Assembly (NCBI GenBank): GCA_951406725.2
Contig: OX597838.1
Location: 26,474,001 to 26,538,000, forward strand
DNA from: Octopus vulgaris
Taxonomy: Eukaryota
Direction of reading: 5' to 3'
Length of the DNA stretch: 64,000 nt
Of the stretch, positions 1 through 12,300 are shown in pieces. Under the pieces are notes generated by a model that did not search any database, was not told the DNA's origin, and was given only the letters and a program-made list of their open reading frames with translations. How positions within the stretch are numbered: the first letter of the stretch is position 1; each line of letters begins with the position of its first letter. Made by a program: the position numbers and the translations under genes.

Positions 1-24
1 GTATGGAGATGCAAATGAAGGATT

Positions 25-366
25 TCAAGTCAGTTGCCAGGCGTCTGAGCTTCAATGTATCCATGCCCAGGAATGCAAGACGTTCAGAGTATGGTAGATG
101 TCTGACTGTGGGTATTCACTTTGTTGCACATTTCTGAACAGTTTCCAGGAGATTTATATGCTGAGCAAGAGAGGGGTTCCAGGCTGGTGATGCAAATTCC
201 AAGTGTGGACACACCATTGTCGTATACAATTTTAAATAGATAGCTGGAGAGTAGCTGAAAAAGGTCTTACTGAGTGATGCTAGCACCCCCTCAGCCTTTA
301 TGACAATCTTAGATATGTGGTTTGTCCAATGCAGATTGTTGTTTACAATAATACCCAGATCATGTC
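25..366 (-). mobile_element. CR1/L2-like LINE 3' fragment (decayed RT C-terminal region), inverted copy of 1033-1374
   Basis: Reverse complement matches 1033-1374 with about 7 mismatches counted by eye; encodes the PHLEFASPAW / YSERL-type segment. Confidence 0.8.
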
Positions 367-959
367 TGTTAAGTGGGTAGATTTGGTTTCAAATTTCAAG
401 CAGAGCCAAGCAAGAAGAGACAAAGGATTAAGACAGCTGCCAAAGAAAAGAGAAAGAGTGAAACATGTTAGTTCTGTGACAGTTGCCAAGAGAAGAAAAT
501 GTTCATCTACAAGGGATTCATATTTATATTTGTCCCACAACTGAAGTGGGTCAGAATAACAATGGAAATGAATGGGTTTATATCTGGGTTGAACTGGCTT
601 TCAACTAAGATGTGGGTGAATTTGACAGACGACACATATAAGATCTGAGTATAATGGAAAGTGGCAGGAAGAAGGAATCAGTTTGAGGTTTCAATGCCTG
701 ATCGAAAATAATACAGTCTCTTTTTGCTACAGCCAAACACCCTCCCACACACACACATGTTGTCATCGTCATCATTATCAAGGCTAAGAATACCAGCAGA
801 CCATTTACTGATGGGGTGACTCAATACTGAATGTAGAGTTAAATTCACTGTTAAGTTTGGGCTTTACAATATGTTTGTGTGTGTGTGTATTATATTATAA
901 TGGAGGAGGTCAGTTTATGGGGTTTCCCTGGGTTTCTTGCTCATAAGTCCAGCAGTGTT

Positions 960-1680
960 TGGAATCTGATTGGGAAAAATCCAGCCTTTACATACTCCCT
1001 CAACAACACCAATCTCAAGAAGTCTTCTAGTGGACATGATCTGGGTATTATTGTAAACAACAATCTGCATTGGACAAACCACATATCTAAGATTGTCAAA
1101 AAGGCTGAGGGGGTGCTAGCATCACTCAGTAAGACCTTTGTCAGCCACTCTCCAGCTATCTATTTAAAATTGTATACGACAATGGTATGTCCACACTTGG
1201 AATTTGCATCACCAGCCTAGAACCCCTCTCTTGCTCAGCATATAAATCTCCTGGAAACTGTTCAGAAATGTGCAACAAAGTGAATACCCACAGTTAGACA
1301 TCTACCATACTCTGAACGTCTTGCATTCCTGGGCATGGATACATTGAAGCTCAGACGTCTGGCAACTGACTTGATTGACACCCACAAGATTATCCACCAT
1401 ATTTCCAACAACAACCTTGGGTACCTTTTTGAATTCCATATGACAAACACTCACGGACATGCTTATAAAATCAAAAAACATCACAGCTCCCATGACTTTC
1501 GGAAACAATTTTTCATGCTCAGAATTGCAGAAGCATGGAATAAACCACCCGCATCAGTTGTTAGCTGTCGAGACACTACATCCTTCAAAACTTCCATGTG
1601 TCCTGAAATCCACCAACAGTACACCTGATGGCCATTTTTTTCTTTTTAGTTGTAGTGCACCTGAGTACTGTATACAACAA
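960..1680 (+). mobile_element. 5'-truncated, decayed CR1/L2-like LINE 3' end
   Basis: ORF pieces [67 protein letters not shown] are typical of the end of CR1-clade ORF2; in-frame stops present; 3' end gttgtagtgcacctgag shared with the copy at ~59 kb. Confidence 0.85.
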
Positions 1681-2299
1681 TTTCCTTCATCATTATATAT
1701 GTGTGTGTGTTGACTTTCTGTGCAACATTTTATGGCTGTTACTCAATATAATGTCACACACCCACTTCTGTTCCCACTCAGTGGTACCCTACACAGTGTT
1801 CAATATCTGGTGCAAAACTGTCTCTCTTTTCTATCTATTTCTCTGTCCTTCTCCTCTCCCCTCTATCTACCTGCTGCTTTTCTCTCTTTACTGCCTTCCA
1901 TTTCTTCCTCTGTCTTTATTCCCTTATTTCTCCGCACTCTCTCTTTTTTCCTACTTGCTCTTTCCTAACCTTCTCTACTCTCTTTCTTCATTTTTTTGGT
2001 ACCAGAAGACAATCCAATTTTTTGTCACTCATCGTTTTCCTACTTGACCAGTGCATAGGTAAGACATCATTGTTTAATGTCCATTTTCCATGCTGGCATA
2101 GGTTGAACGGTTCGACTGGGGCCTGGGAAGCCAAGAGGCTGCACCAGGCTCCAGTCTGATCTGGCAGTGTTTCTACAGTTGGATGCCCTTCCTAACGCCA
2201 ACCACTCTTACTGCTTATGTTAGCTCTGCTTGATACATTTCCAAAATTAAACATTTTAATATGCAAAATATACTTCACATTATTACATATACTATGCAT

Positions 2300-2800
2300 T
2301 AATGCAAAAAATATTATGTTTATTGGCTATCTTCAAAATGATCACACCATCAATGGAAAATTTCAATGCCAACTTCCTAAGGCAGTTATGAAAGACTATC
2401 AAGACCAAACACCCAGAAAAACTGATAAATGGGGTTTTGTTTCATTAGGACAATGCTTCAGCACACAAGTCCTTGGTTTCAACGGCTGCTGTGTGTGACT
2501 GGCTTTGAACTGGTTGATCACTTTCCCTATATTAGTGATTTGGTTCCTTCTGGTTATCATCTGTTTCCCAACATAGAAAAACACTCAGCTGAGCACCAGT
2601 ATCACTATGATGAGAACATCTTATCTGTTGTTGATGACCATTTTGATCAACAGAAAAGCTTCTTCACCGGTGCGATCCAAGCACTGCAACTACTTATGGA
2701 AGTGTGTGGACAGTAAGAGGAACTATGTTAGAAAATGAACTTCATTTGGTCACATTCCATTGAGAGTGTTTTGCTCAGATTATGAACAATTCAACCCACC
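2300..2800 (+). mobile_element. Decayed mariner transposase C-terminal fragment
   Basis: GFELVDHFPYISDLVPSGYHLFPN resembles the mariner HPPYSPDLAPSDYHLF motif; frameshifted. Confidence 0.75.
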
Positions 2801-2986
2801 CACATAATAATAAAAATTATTATTATACCTGCATTTGTTTTAATGCTACATTGGAAAAAATCCACATTTTTCATTAAAAAAATTAGGACCTGGGTCTACA
2901 CCCCCTAAGCAAATTTTGTTGCTTGTGCCACCTCAGGGCTTGTGAATGGATTTGGTAGACAGAAACAAATAGCAGCCTATCGTGTA

Positions 2987-3018
<32 letters not shown>

Positions 3019-3083
3019 CGCGAGTATTTCTCATAACACTGCTTGACAATCAATGTTAGTTTTCTAAAGTCCCCGTAACCTAT

Positions 3084-3450
3084 TTCTTTACTACCCACGA
3101 GGGGCTAAACACAGAGAGGACAAACAAACGGATTAAGTCGATTACATCGACCCCAGTGCGTAACTGGTACTTAATTTATCGACCCCGAAAGGATGAAAGG
3201 AAAAGTCGACCTCGGCGGAATTTGAACTCACAACAACGGCAGACGAAATACCAATTTCTTTATTACCCACTAGGGGCTAAACAAGGACAGACATAGGTAT
3301 TAAGTCGATTACATCGACCCCAGTGCGTAACTGGTACTTAATTTGTCGACCCCGAAAGGATGAAAGGCAAAGTCGACCTCGGCGGAATTTGAACTCACAA
3401 CGTGACGGCAGACGAAATACCGCTGAGCATTTCGCCAGCTTGCCTCGTAG
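3084..3450 (-). mobile_element. Dimeric SINE (family B, Deu/Nin-like core) nested in a family A SINE
   Basis: Two body units with the core gcctttcatcctttcggggtcgataaa; 15-bp target-site duplication gtccccgtaacctat at 3069-3083 and 3451-3465. Confidence 0.85.
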
Positions 3451-3804
3451 GTCCCCGTAACCTATCATTTTGGCAACAGAGGCCAACAGAATAAAGTATC
3501 GCTTAAAAATTAAGCGCTGGGGTTGATTTGTTACACTCAACAACTTCGAAGCAGTGTCCCTACCATCGCCATAATCTAATGATAGAAACAAATAAAGATA
3601 TAATATGACAGAATATACAACTAAGCCTCTCAGCTGGCTCGAAATAGCAGTCAAATCATCCTCAAATTACAATGCCTTAAAAAAGAACGGAAAAGTGGGA
3701 GACAGAAACGAAATAGCTGTGGTTATAACGCATTCGGTGACATGAGGATGACCTAGGGCTAAAAAAAAAAAAACATAAACAATTATTACTACACGCTTAA
3801 CGTT

Positions 3805-3880
3805 CTAATCACGTGAGTATCTAATCCGACGTTTTGATTGGCTGGTTTTTCTGATTGGTTCGATTTAAACGAAGCGCGGC
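3805..3880 (+). promoter_or_regulatory. Candidate cell-cycle (G2/M) promoter of the kinesin-6 gene
   Basis: E-box TCACGTGA 3809-3816, inverted CCAAT boxes ATTGG 3837-3841 and 3854-3858, CHR variant TTTAAA 3864-3869 with GC element gcgcgg 3874-3879 four nt away; CpG-containing, repeat-free patch upstream of a strong donor. Confidence 0.6.
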
Positions 3881-3889
3881 TAAACTTTT

Positions 3890-4062
3890 ATTTGGATTTC
3901 TGTTTATTTTTCCTTGTTAAAAAAAAAAGATATTCGCTAACAAAGTTGTTTGTTTTTTTACATTAATTCACTATTTTTCACTCGTTTTGTTTTTTTTTGT
4001 CTACAAAACTCATCAATTCGTGATATTTCTTCATCAAACTGACACGTTAAACTATTAATTAG
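3890..4062 (+). other. KIF20A/B: Putative non-coding first exon (5' UTR); start approximate
   Basis: Strong donor AG|GTGAGT at 4062/4063 just downstream of the promoter motifs; alternative donor AT|GTAAGT at 4152/4153; first coding exon has an acceptor at 9117 just before the ATG. Confidence 0.5.
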
Positions 4063-4888
4063 GTGAGTAACTTCGGAAGTTTTCCTTCATATTAATTCCA
4101 TTGACACAAGTTTTAACGTCTAAACCAATTATATACACAAGCATCTCGAAATGTAAGTAGCCTCTGGCTTTTTTGAAAGAATTATTTCTAGAAATAAATG
4201 TCATTTAATGCATTTGAATACTTAATCTAGTATTTAGTAGACATTCCTTGTGCTATTTTCAATGGCTTGACCCGTTTCATACCAGTTATTTAAGTAAATT
4301 TAGTTTGAAAAAGTTAACGGCTATCTCTTAACGTGAATGTAGTGCAAATGATTATATTTTCGGGGTATTCAAAGCACTTTCTTTTAAAACCTTAATTTAA
4401 GTATAGGCCCACTAGGTTCGATATTGTATATCCAAATATACAGGGCTGAAATGTATTATCCTATATAATGTATATTGCTAGTATTTTTTTTTTGATTACT
4501 AATTATTATGGTTTTTATTATCAGTTCTTACTTTGGTAGCACTTGAGTTGTTCGCATATATTCTACCCTTGCTTAGCGGTATTTCGTCTGTCGTTACGTT
4601 CTGAGTTCAAATTCCGCCGAGATCAACTTTGCCTTTCGTCCTTTCGGGGTCGATAAATAAAGTACCAGTTTCGCACTGGGGGGCGATATAATCGACTCAA
4701 TCCCTTCGTCTGTCCTTGTTTGTCCCCTCTATGTTTAGCCCCTTGTGGGCAGTAAAGAAATATATATTCTACCCTCTCACGAAATACTTAATTTATATAT
4801 ATATATATTCATATACGTATATATATTTGGGTAAATTTACCTATATGTAATGCGAGCATGTTCTTAGTTATAAAAGATTGTGCGTGCG

Positions 4889-4920
<32 letters not shown>

Positions 4921-5514
4921 ACGGAGCAAGTGATTTGATCTGAGATCGTGTTCTGAAACGAAAACAATTGCAGCGTGGAAGGGTGTTTGTAAGCCATTTA
5001 AGAAACACACAAAAGCCATTCGATTCACTTCAACATTTAAGTTTAATTTGTCAAAATATTTTCGTCGCTTTAAGGACCGCGACCTGTTCACTGACAAAAA
5101 TCCGTGCTGCATCTAAGCAGTATACATACATCTCCCACTGTATATCAACACTGATAAATCTTGGTAGTGTTTATATAAAACTGAAATTTACATTTCATGT
5201 GAAAATGGCGCAATTCATAGAACAAGATGAAGCACCTCCCTTCACTCGTCTTTTAGTTCCACTCACGCTAGTGCCAGTCCACATGCCATTTGTATTTTTC
5301 GTTATAGCTGATGTGTCAGCATTTAAATGAATGACTGTATTACAATGGCAAATAACTTACAAATATTGTAACGGCGTGAAACCATTTATGTTTAAAAAAA
5401 ATTAGATGTGATGAAATGTAGCTAAGTGGAATGAAATTTGAAATTTACTGTTTTTTTAAAATGAAAAGACGGTTTGACATGTTAACAAAAGAAAGGAAAT
5501 ATAAATAGGATATC

Positions 5515-5710
5515 TCTTTACTCTTTTACTGGTTTCAGTCATTTGACTGCGGCCATGCTGAAGCACCGCCTTTAATCGAGCAACTCGACCCTGGGACTTA
5601 TTCTTTTGTAAGCCCAGTACTTATGCTATCGGTCTCCTTTTGCCGAACCGCTAAGTAACGGGGGACATAAACACACCAGCATCGGTTGTCAAGCAATGCT
5701 AGGGGGACAA

Positions 5711-5759
<49 letters not shown>

Positions 5760-5944
5760 TATATATATATACATATATACGACGGGCTTCTTTTCAGTTT
5801 CCGTCTACTAAATCCACTCACAAGGCATTGGTCGGTCGAGGCCATAGTAGAAGACACTTGCCCAAGGTGCCACGCAGTGGGACTGAACCCGGAACTATGT
5901 GATTGGTAAACAAGCTACTTGCCACACAGCCACTCCTGCGCCTA
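5515..5944 (-). mobile_element. tRNA-derived SINE family A, full length
   Basis: Head ggcgcaggagtggctgtgtgg...gggttcagtccc (A/B-box-like), ccttgggcaagtgtc, internal (TA)/(CA) tract, tail gactgaaac(a)agtaaaagagta; more than 15 related copies in the window. Confidence 0.85.
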
Positions 5945-6014
5945 TCTCTATTTTTTTTTAATGAGAAATTGTTTTGTTTTTTCACGTGACATTGCAGCAA
6001 TTAGTTAAGCGACT

Positions 6015-6165
6015 GGATCGTTTCCTTTTGAACGGCAGCATTTTCTCAAGAAAGCCAAGAGAAAAAATTGTTTTATTTTGACACATTCTACCAGTATACG
6101 AAGTTTAAAGGTGTTTAGTTAACTAGAAATTGTGTTGAAAACTGCCGTTCAAAAGGAAAAGATCC
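6015..6165. mobile_element. GGATC-ended TIR MITE (Merlin/Mutator-like), short form
   Basis: Ends ggatcgtttccttttgaacggcag / ctgccgttcaaaaggaaaagatcc; 8-bp TSD aagcgact/aagcaact. Confidence 0.75.
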
Positions 6166-6384
6166 AAGCAACTTTGTTTCCATTCAAATTCTGCCGATGT
6201 GGTCTTTGCCTTTCACATTTCAAAAGTTGATGAATATAAAGTACAGGGCCTGGTTCTTCCCTAATCGACTGTAATTTAATCTTCAGATTTGTAGTTTGTG
6301 CTTTGTTGGAAACCTGGTGCATTCCAATATAATAAAATTGGAAATTATGTAGGGCACACAAAAAAAAAAAAAAAAATTCGAGTA

Positions 6385-6750
6385 TGTAGGAGTAGCTGTG
6401 TGATAAGTAGGTTGTTTACCAACCACATGGTTTCGTGGTTTCGTGGCACCTTGGGCAAGTGTCTTCTATTAGCCTCGGGCCGACCAAAGCCTTTGTGAGT
6501 GGATTTGGTAGACGGAAAATGAAAAGAAGGCCGTCGTATGTGTCTGTGCTTGTCCCCCCCCCCCCACATCGCATGATAACCGATGGTGGTGTGTTTACGT
6601 CCCCCGTAACGTAGCGGTTCGGCAAAAGACACCGATAGAATAAGTACTAGGCTTACAAAGAGTAATCTCGGTGGAGGGGGGGTGATTTGCTCGACTAAAG
6701 GCGGTGCTCCAGCTTGGCCGCAGTCAAATGACTGAAACAAGTAAGAGTAT
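6385..6750 (+). mobile_element. SINE family A
   Basis: Same consensus as 5515-5944, opposite orientation. Confidence 0.8.
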
Positions 6751-9127
6751 AATACCAATCTGCAAAAGAAAGATCGGTAAATCAATGAGGAGTGAGGTGG
6801 AATTTTATCGTTTTTTTTTTTTTTTCTTGGATTTATGTTACCTGTAATTTCGAGAAATAATATCAAATATATGAAGCAAACTGAAAATAGCATTTTGTTT
6901 GTTTTTTTTTCAAAAGAAAGTCAAAAATTTACAGAAAGGCCCAAGGCAAAAATCCCCTCATCTACACACACATACACACACAAGAGTGGGTGCTGAAAAG
7001 TTCCTGGCTTTAACCCTTTAGTGTTCTGATTATTCTATCAAACATAATGCCTATTGATTCCCATTGATTTGAATTAATCATGCATTATCTCATATCTTCA
7101 AGATCTTGATGGTGTAATTACTTAATGTAGAATAACATTGTAGGGTAGGTGTGAGAGCCTGGATCTGGTCAGTTTGAACATCAAACAGATTAGCTATTAT
7201 GGCCGGTTTAAATACTAAAGGACTAAGGGCATCGCGAAGGGCCTGGTTGGATGCCCAACCTCCAAGTTCTTTTACAGGGCTGAGAAAAACTGAAGGACTG
7301 TTGCAATAAGTGTATGAATCTGAGGGGAATATGTTGAATAAAATCATAATTAACTGATCCTCCTGTGGAGCGTCATTGTGGTTGTTTGAACTTCGAATCA
7401 TCATTGTTTAACGTCTGCTTTCCATGCTAGCATGGGTTGGACGATTTGACTGAGTACTGGTGAATCAGATGGCTGCACCAGGCTCCAATCTGATCTGGCA
7501 GAGTTTCTACAGCTGGATGCCCTTCCTAGCGCTAACCACTCCAAGAGTGTAGTGGGTGCTTTTATGTGCCACCTGCACAGGAGTCAGTCCAGCGGCACTA
7601 GCAACAACCTATGATGGGCTTCTTTAAGTTTCTGTCTACCAAATCCATTCACAGGGCTTTGGTTGACCCGAGGCTATAATAGAAGACACTTGCCTAAGGT
7701 GTCATGCAGTGGGACTGAACCTGGAACCATGTGGTTCGTAAGCAAGCTACTTACCACACAGCCTCTCCTACTTCTATAGATACCAGAATTAGTTGAATAC
7801 TGGACAAAATTTCTTCACATTTTCGGTTCAGATCATAAGCGTGACCTATCCCCTACCCCACTCCCTTCATACATACCCTATTACTGATTTAGCTTGTTTA
7901 CCAACCACATGGTTCAGTCCCACTGCGTGGCACCTTGGGCAAGTGTCTTCTACTATAGCCTCGGGCCGACCAAAGCCTTGTGAGTGGATTTGGTTGACGG
8001 AAACTGAAAGAAGCCCGTCGTATATATATATGTATGTGCGTGTATGTTTGTGTGTCTGTGTTTGTTCCTCTAGCATTGCTTGACAACCGATGCTGGTGTG
8101 TTTATGTCCCCGTCACTTAGCAGTTCGGCAAAAGAGACCGATAGAATAAGTACTGGGCTTACAAAAAATAAGTCCCGGGGTCGATTTGCTCGAGTAAAGG
8201 CAGTGCTCCAGCATGGCTGTAGTCAAAATGTCTGAAACAAGTAAAAAGAAAAAGATTCCGGGTCTCCAAGGGTCCTAAGTCTATTGTATTGATCCCAGTC
8301 TTGACTAGATGAAAACTGACAAGCCCATGATCATTTAATGTCTGTCTTCCATGCTGGCATGTGTTAGATGGTTTCACAGGCGCTGGCAAGCTAGAGAGCT
8401 GCACCAGGCTCCACTTGTCTGTTTTGGCAAGGTTTCTATGGCTGGATGCCCTTCTCTGGTGCCAACCACCTTACAGAGTCTACTGGGTGCTTCTTATGTG
8501 ACACTGGCACAGATTTGTATATATGGATCTGTGTATGTTTGTGTGTTCTTGTCTTGACATTGTGTGGTTGTCATTCATTTCCAAGTGTTCTGGCCTTGGG
8601 GAAATATTACCTTGCTTGGAAGCGGGTAAGGGTTGGCGACAGGAAGGGCTCCCAGCTGTAGAAAATTGTCCTCAATAAGCTTGGTTCACCTGATGCAAGC
8701 ATGGAAAAGTGTATATTAAAATGATCGTGGTGACAGTTACCCCACCATCACATTACTCAACGCACACACTCTTGGGTTGTAATATACAATTATAAAATGT
8801 CCCCAAGGACAAAAGTTACCAACCTCCACCTCTACCCCTTGTGACATTTTTCTGCAGTTTGTCCATTTCCTCTCATACACTGACTTTTTATTCATTTGAA
8901 TAACAATCAGGAATCTATGAAAGCTCCCACACCTGAGGACAGTGCTCCAGCATGGTCACAATCAAATGACTGAAACAAGTAAAAGAGTAAAAGAGCTGGA
9001 AGGACATCTGGCTGTAGAAAATCTTCAACAACTTTCATCTGACCCACACTAGCATGGAAGTATTGAAAATTTTTTTAAATGTTCTTTTTTTTTTTTTTTT
9101 TTTTTTTTTATTTTCAGAATTTTCATT

Positions 9128-9313
9128 ATGACGAGTAGAGAAACAATTTTGTCATCGGGGGACGCGGAAGATGAGGACAAGGACAAGGTAGATGGTCTGC
9201 GTAAAAACTTACTCGATGAATTTTACAGCGAAACTAATGACAACTTTGAAAAGCTAAAGGTCTATTTGAGAGTTCGACCATTCACACCTGAGGAACAGCA
9301 GAACAAATATCGG
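9128..9313 (+). CDS. KIF20A/B: Coding exon 1, N-terminus and start of motor domain
   Basis: Poly-T tract and acceptor at 9117; MTSRE...LRKNLLDEF...[12 protein letters not shown] resembles human KIF20A RKNLL...[11 protein letters not shown]; donor CGG|GTGAGA, phase 0. Confidence 0.92.
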
Positions 9314-12300
9314 GTGAGATTCTGTTTAATCTGTGAGATTGAGATAAAGGCTGATGTGTGTGGGTGGTCTTTAAAGTTGGAAAACCATGTGTGTGTGTGT
9401 CTGCATAGAGGGAGGGAGGGAGAGTTTTAAAGTGATGTACAGATATTGTATATTTAGAATAATAAGGTAGCCAGGATGTTGGATGGCTATGTTTATTTAT
9501 TTACATCTTATTTACATTTTTAGCGCTTTCTTCCATTATTGGATTTTTTGACAAACCCAATAACGGAAGAAAGTGCTAAAAATTTAATTAAATAAAAAGA
9601 AATATATAATCAACCAACATTCTGATTACCTTATTCTAAATACACACACAAATGTAGGTTTGTGATCCAGAGTTTTTTTTTTAAATTAAGAGATTTGTTC
9701 ACCCAACGATTGATGTTTGCTAAGCTCTGATGCTTTTGGCTAGGCTTGGCAGCGTGGTAAGAGACTTACTCTCTTTCTCTCTTTTATTTGTTTGTCATTT
9801 GACTGCGGCCATGCTGGAGCACTGCCTTTAATCGAGCAACTCGACCCCAGGACTTATTCTTTGTAAGCCCAGTACTTATTCTATCGGTCTCTTTTGCCGA
9901 AACGCTAAGTGACGGGGTCATAAACACACCAGCATAGGTTGTCAAGCAATGCTAGGGGGACAAACACAGACACACACATACATATATACGACGGGCTTCT
10001 TTCAGTTTCCGTCTATCAAATCCACTCACAAGGCTTTGGTCGGCCCGAGGCTATAGTAGACACTTGCCCAAGGTACCACGCAGTGGGACTAAACCTGGAA
10101 CCATGTAGTTGGTAAGCAAGCTACTTACCACACAGCCACTCCACCTATGACTTGCTTCCAGGCTCACATGGGTTTTGATTCAGTTCCACTGTGGCAAGTG
10201 TCCACTATAGCCCTGGGCTGACCAAAGCCTTGTGAGTCTATTTGGTAGATGCAAACTGAAAGAAACCTATCATATTCATCATCATCATTTTGGGTTTGTT
10301 TTCCATGCTGGCATGGGTTGAATGGCCTGACAAGAGCTGGCAAGTTAAAAGACTGCACTAAGTCCTGATGCCTGGTTTGGCTTGGTTTCTATTGCTGGAT
10401 GCCCTTTCTAATACCTATTTCTTTACTACCCACAAGGGGCTAAACACAGAGGGGACAAACAGATTAAGTTGATTATATCGACCCCAGTGCGTAACTGGTA
10501 CTTAATTTATCGACCCTGAAAGGATGAAAGGCAAAGTCGACCTCTTGGCTTGGTTTCTACTGCTGGATGCCCTTTCTGATACCAACTGCTTTGCATACAT
10601 GTGTGTGTGTGTTGCATGATGTCTAGTCACGAGGGGGAAAATATTCCCTTGTTTTGAAGTGAGGGTTATTGATAGGAAGGGCAGTCGGTCATAGAAAATC
10701 AGCCTCAACAAAACACCTTCTGACCCATGCAAGCACGGGAAAGTGGATGTTAAACTGTTGATGATGATGCCTTCTTTTCATTAAACTTTTTCTTACATCT
10801 TCTAGAGCTGTCTGACAATCTGTGGCAAGACGGTCACAGCTTGGGCCCCAAAGGATTCCAACACGTACAAAAGCAACACTTACACTACCAACAAGAACGT
10901 TCAGACATTCAAGTTCTCAAGAATTTTCGATGAACAGACATCACAGAGCGACTTTTACAGCGAAACCTGTCAGGGACTCGTGAAGAACTTCCTCAATGGA
11001 CAGAACTGCCTCATGTTTGCTTATGGAGTAACCAACTCGGGCAAGACATACACAATACAAGGTATTCAATCTTTTATCTTTTACTTGTTTCACTTATAAT
11101 GCTGTGGCCATGCTGGGACACCACCTTAAATCTGTTAGTTGAATGAATGGCCCTGGTACTTTTTTTAAGCTTGGTACTATGTTGGTCTCTTTTGCCAGAC
11201 AGGGCAACTTTCAGTTTCTGTCTACCTTAATCCACTCACAAGGCTCTGGTTGGCCCAAGGTGCCACAGAGAGGGGCTTAACCTGTAGCCGTGTTGGCAAG
11301 CAAGCTTCTTATTTCTTTATTGCCCACAAGGGGCTAAACATAGAGGGGACAAACAAGGACAGACAAAGGGATTGTCGATTGCATCAACTCCCAGTGCGTA
11401 ACTGGTACTTAATTTATCAACCCTGAAAGGCAAAGTCGACCTCGGCGGAATTTGAACTCGGAACATAGACAAAAAACTGCTAAGCATTTCGCCTGGCGTG
11501 CTAACGTTTCTGCCAACTCGTCACCTTATGTGGTAAGAAGCTTGCTGTGCCTATGAAATATGTAATAATTTATTACGCATATCATATATACACATTACAT
11601 AGAATATACAATACATGAAAAAAGGGTAAAAATTCCCTTTGGTCTTGAATGACCCAAGAGACTGCACATTAGAAAGTTTCCCTCCCAGGCTCAAGTCTGG
11701 ACAAGGTTGTTTATGGAAGACCAGTAGTTGCCCATGCATGCCAGCCTCTCCTCTCCAAGTCACCAATGTTATCTCAGGGAAAGACAAAGGCCGATACATC
11801 TTGGCACCAGTGACATCGCAACTCATTTCTACAGCTGATTAAACTGGAGCAATGTGAAAATAAAGTGTCTTGCTCAAGAACGCAACACACTGCCTGGTCT
11901 GGGAATCGAACTCACTGCCTCATGTTTGTGAGCCAAACACTCGAACTGCTTAGCCATATAATGCAAAAGCATCCTGTGGTCTGCAATAGTCAGTAAAATG
12001 GAAATAAAAATTTTTTTTATTTCTTCTCTCTGTGTGGTATAATACTAGATGATTCATGGTCAGGCACTGGTCTATGGCCCAGTGGTTGGGGATCTCCACT
12101 CTTTAGCCAAAACTTGAAAGCAACATTCAGTTAAAGGCCAGCAATTTTGGGGGTGGGGTGGGGGATAAGTCAATTATATCAACCCCAGTGTTTCATTGTT
12201 ACTCATTTTATTAATTCCGATAGGATGAAAGGCAAAGTCAACCTCACCGGAATTTGAACTCAGAACGTAAAAGACACATAGAATGCCCACTAAGCACTTT

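Noticed and set aside
1628-2047. 139-aa hydrophobic ORF as a membrane protein
   Set aside because: Derives from a CT-rich low-complexity tract after the LINE tail.
5696-8661. Recurrent short ORFs such as [21 protein letters not shown] and [18 protein letters not shown]
   Set aside because: Translations of family A and C repeats that recur in many frames and strands throughout the window.
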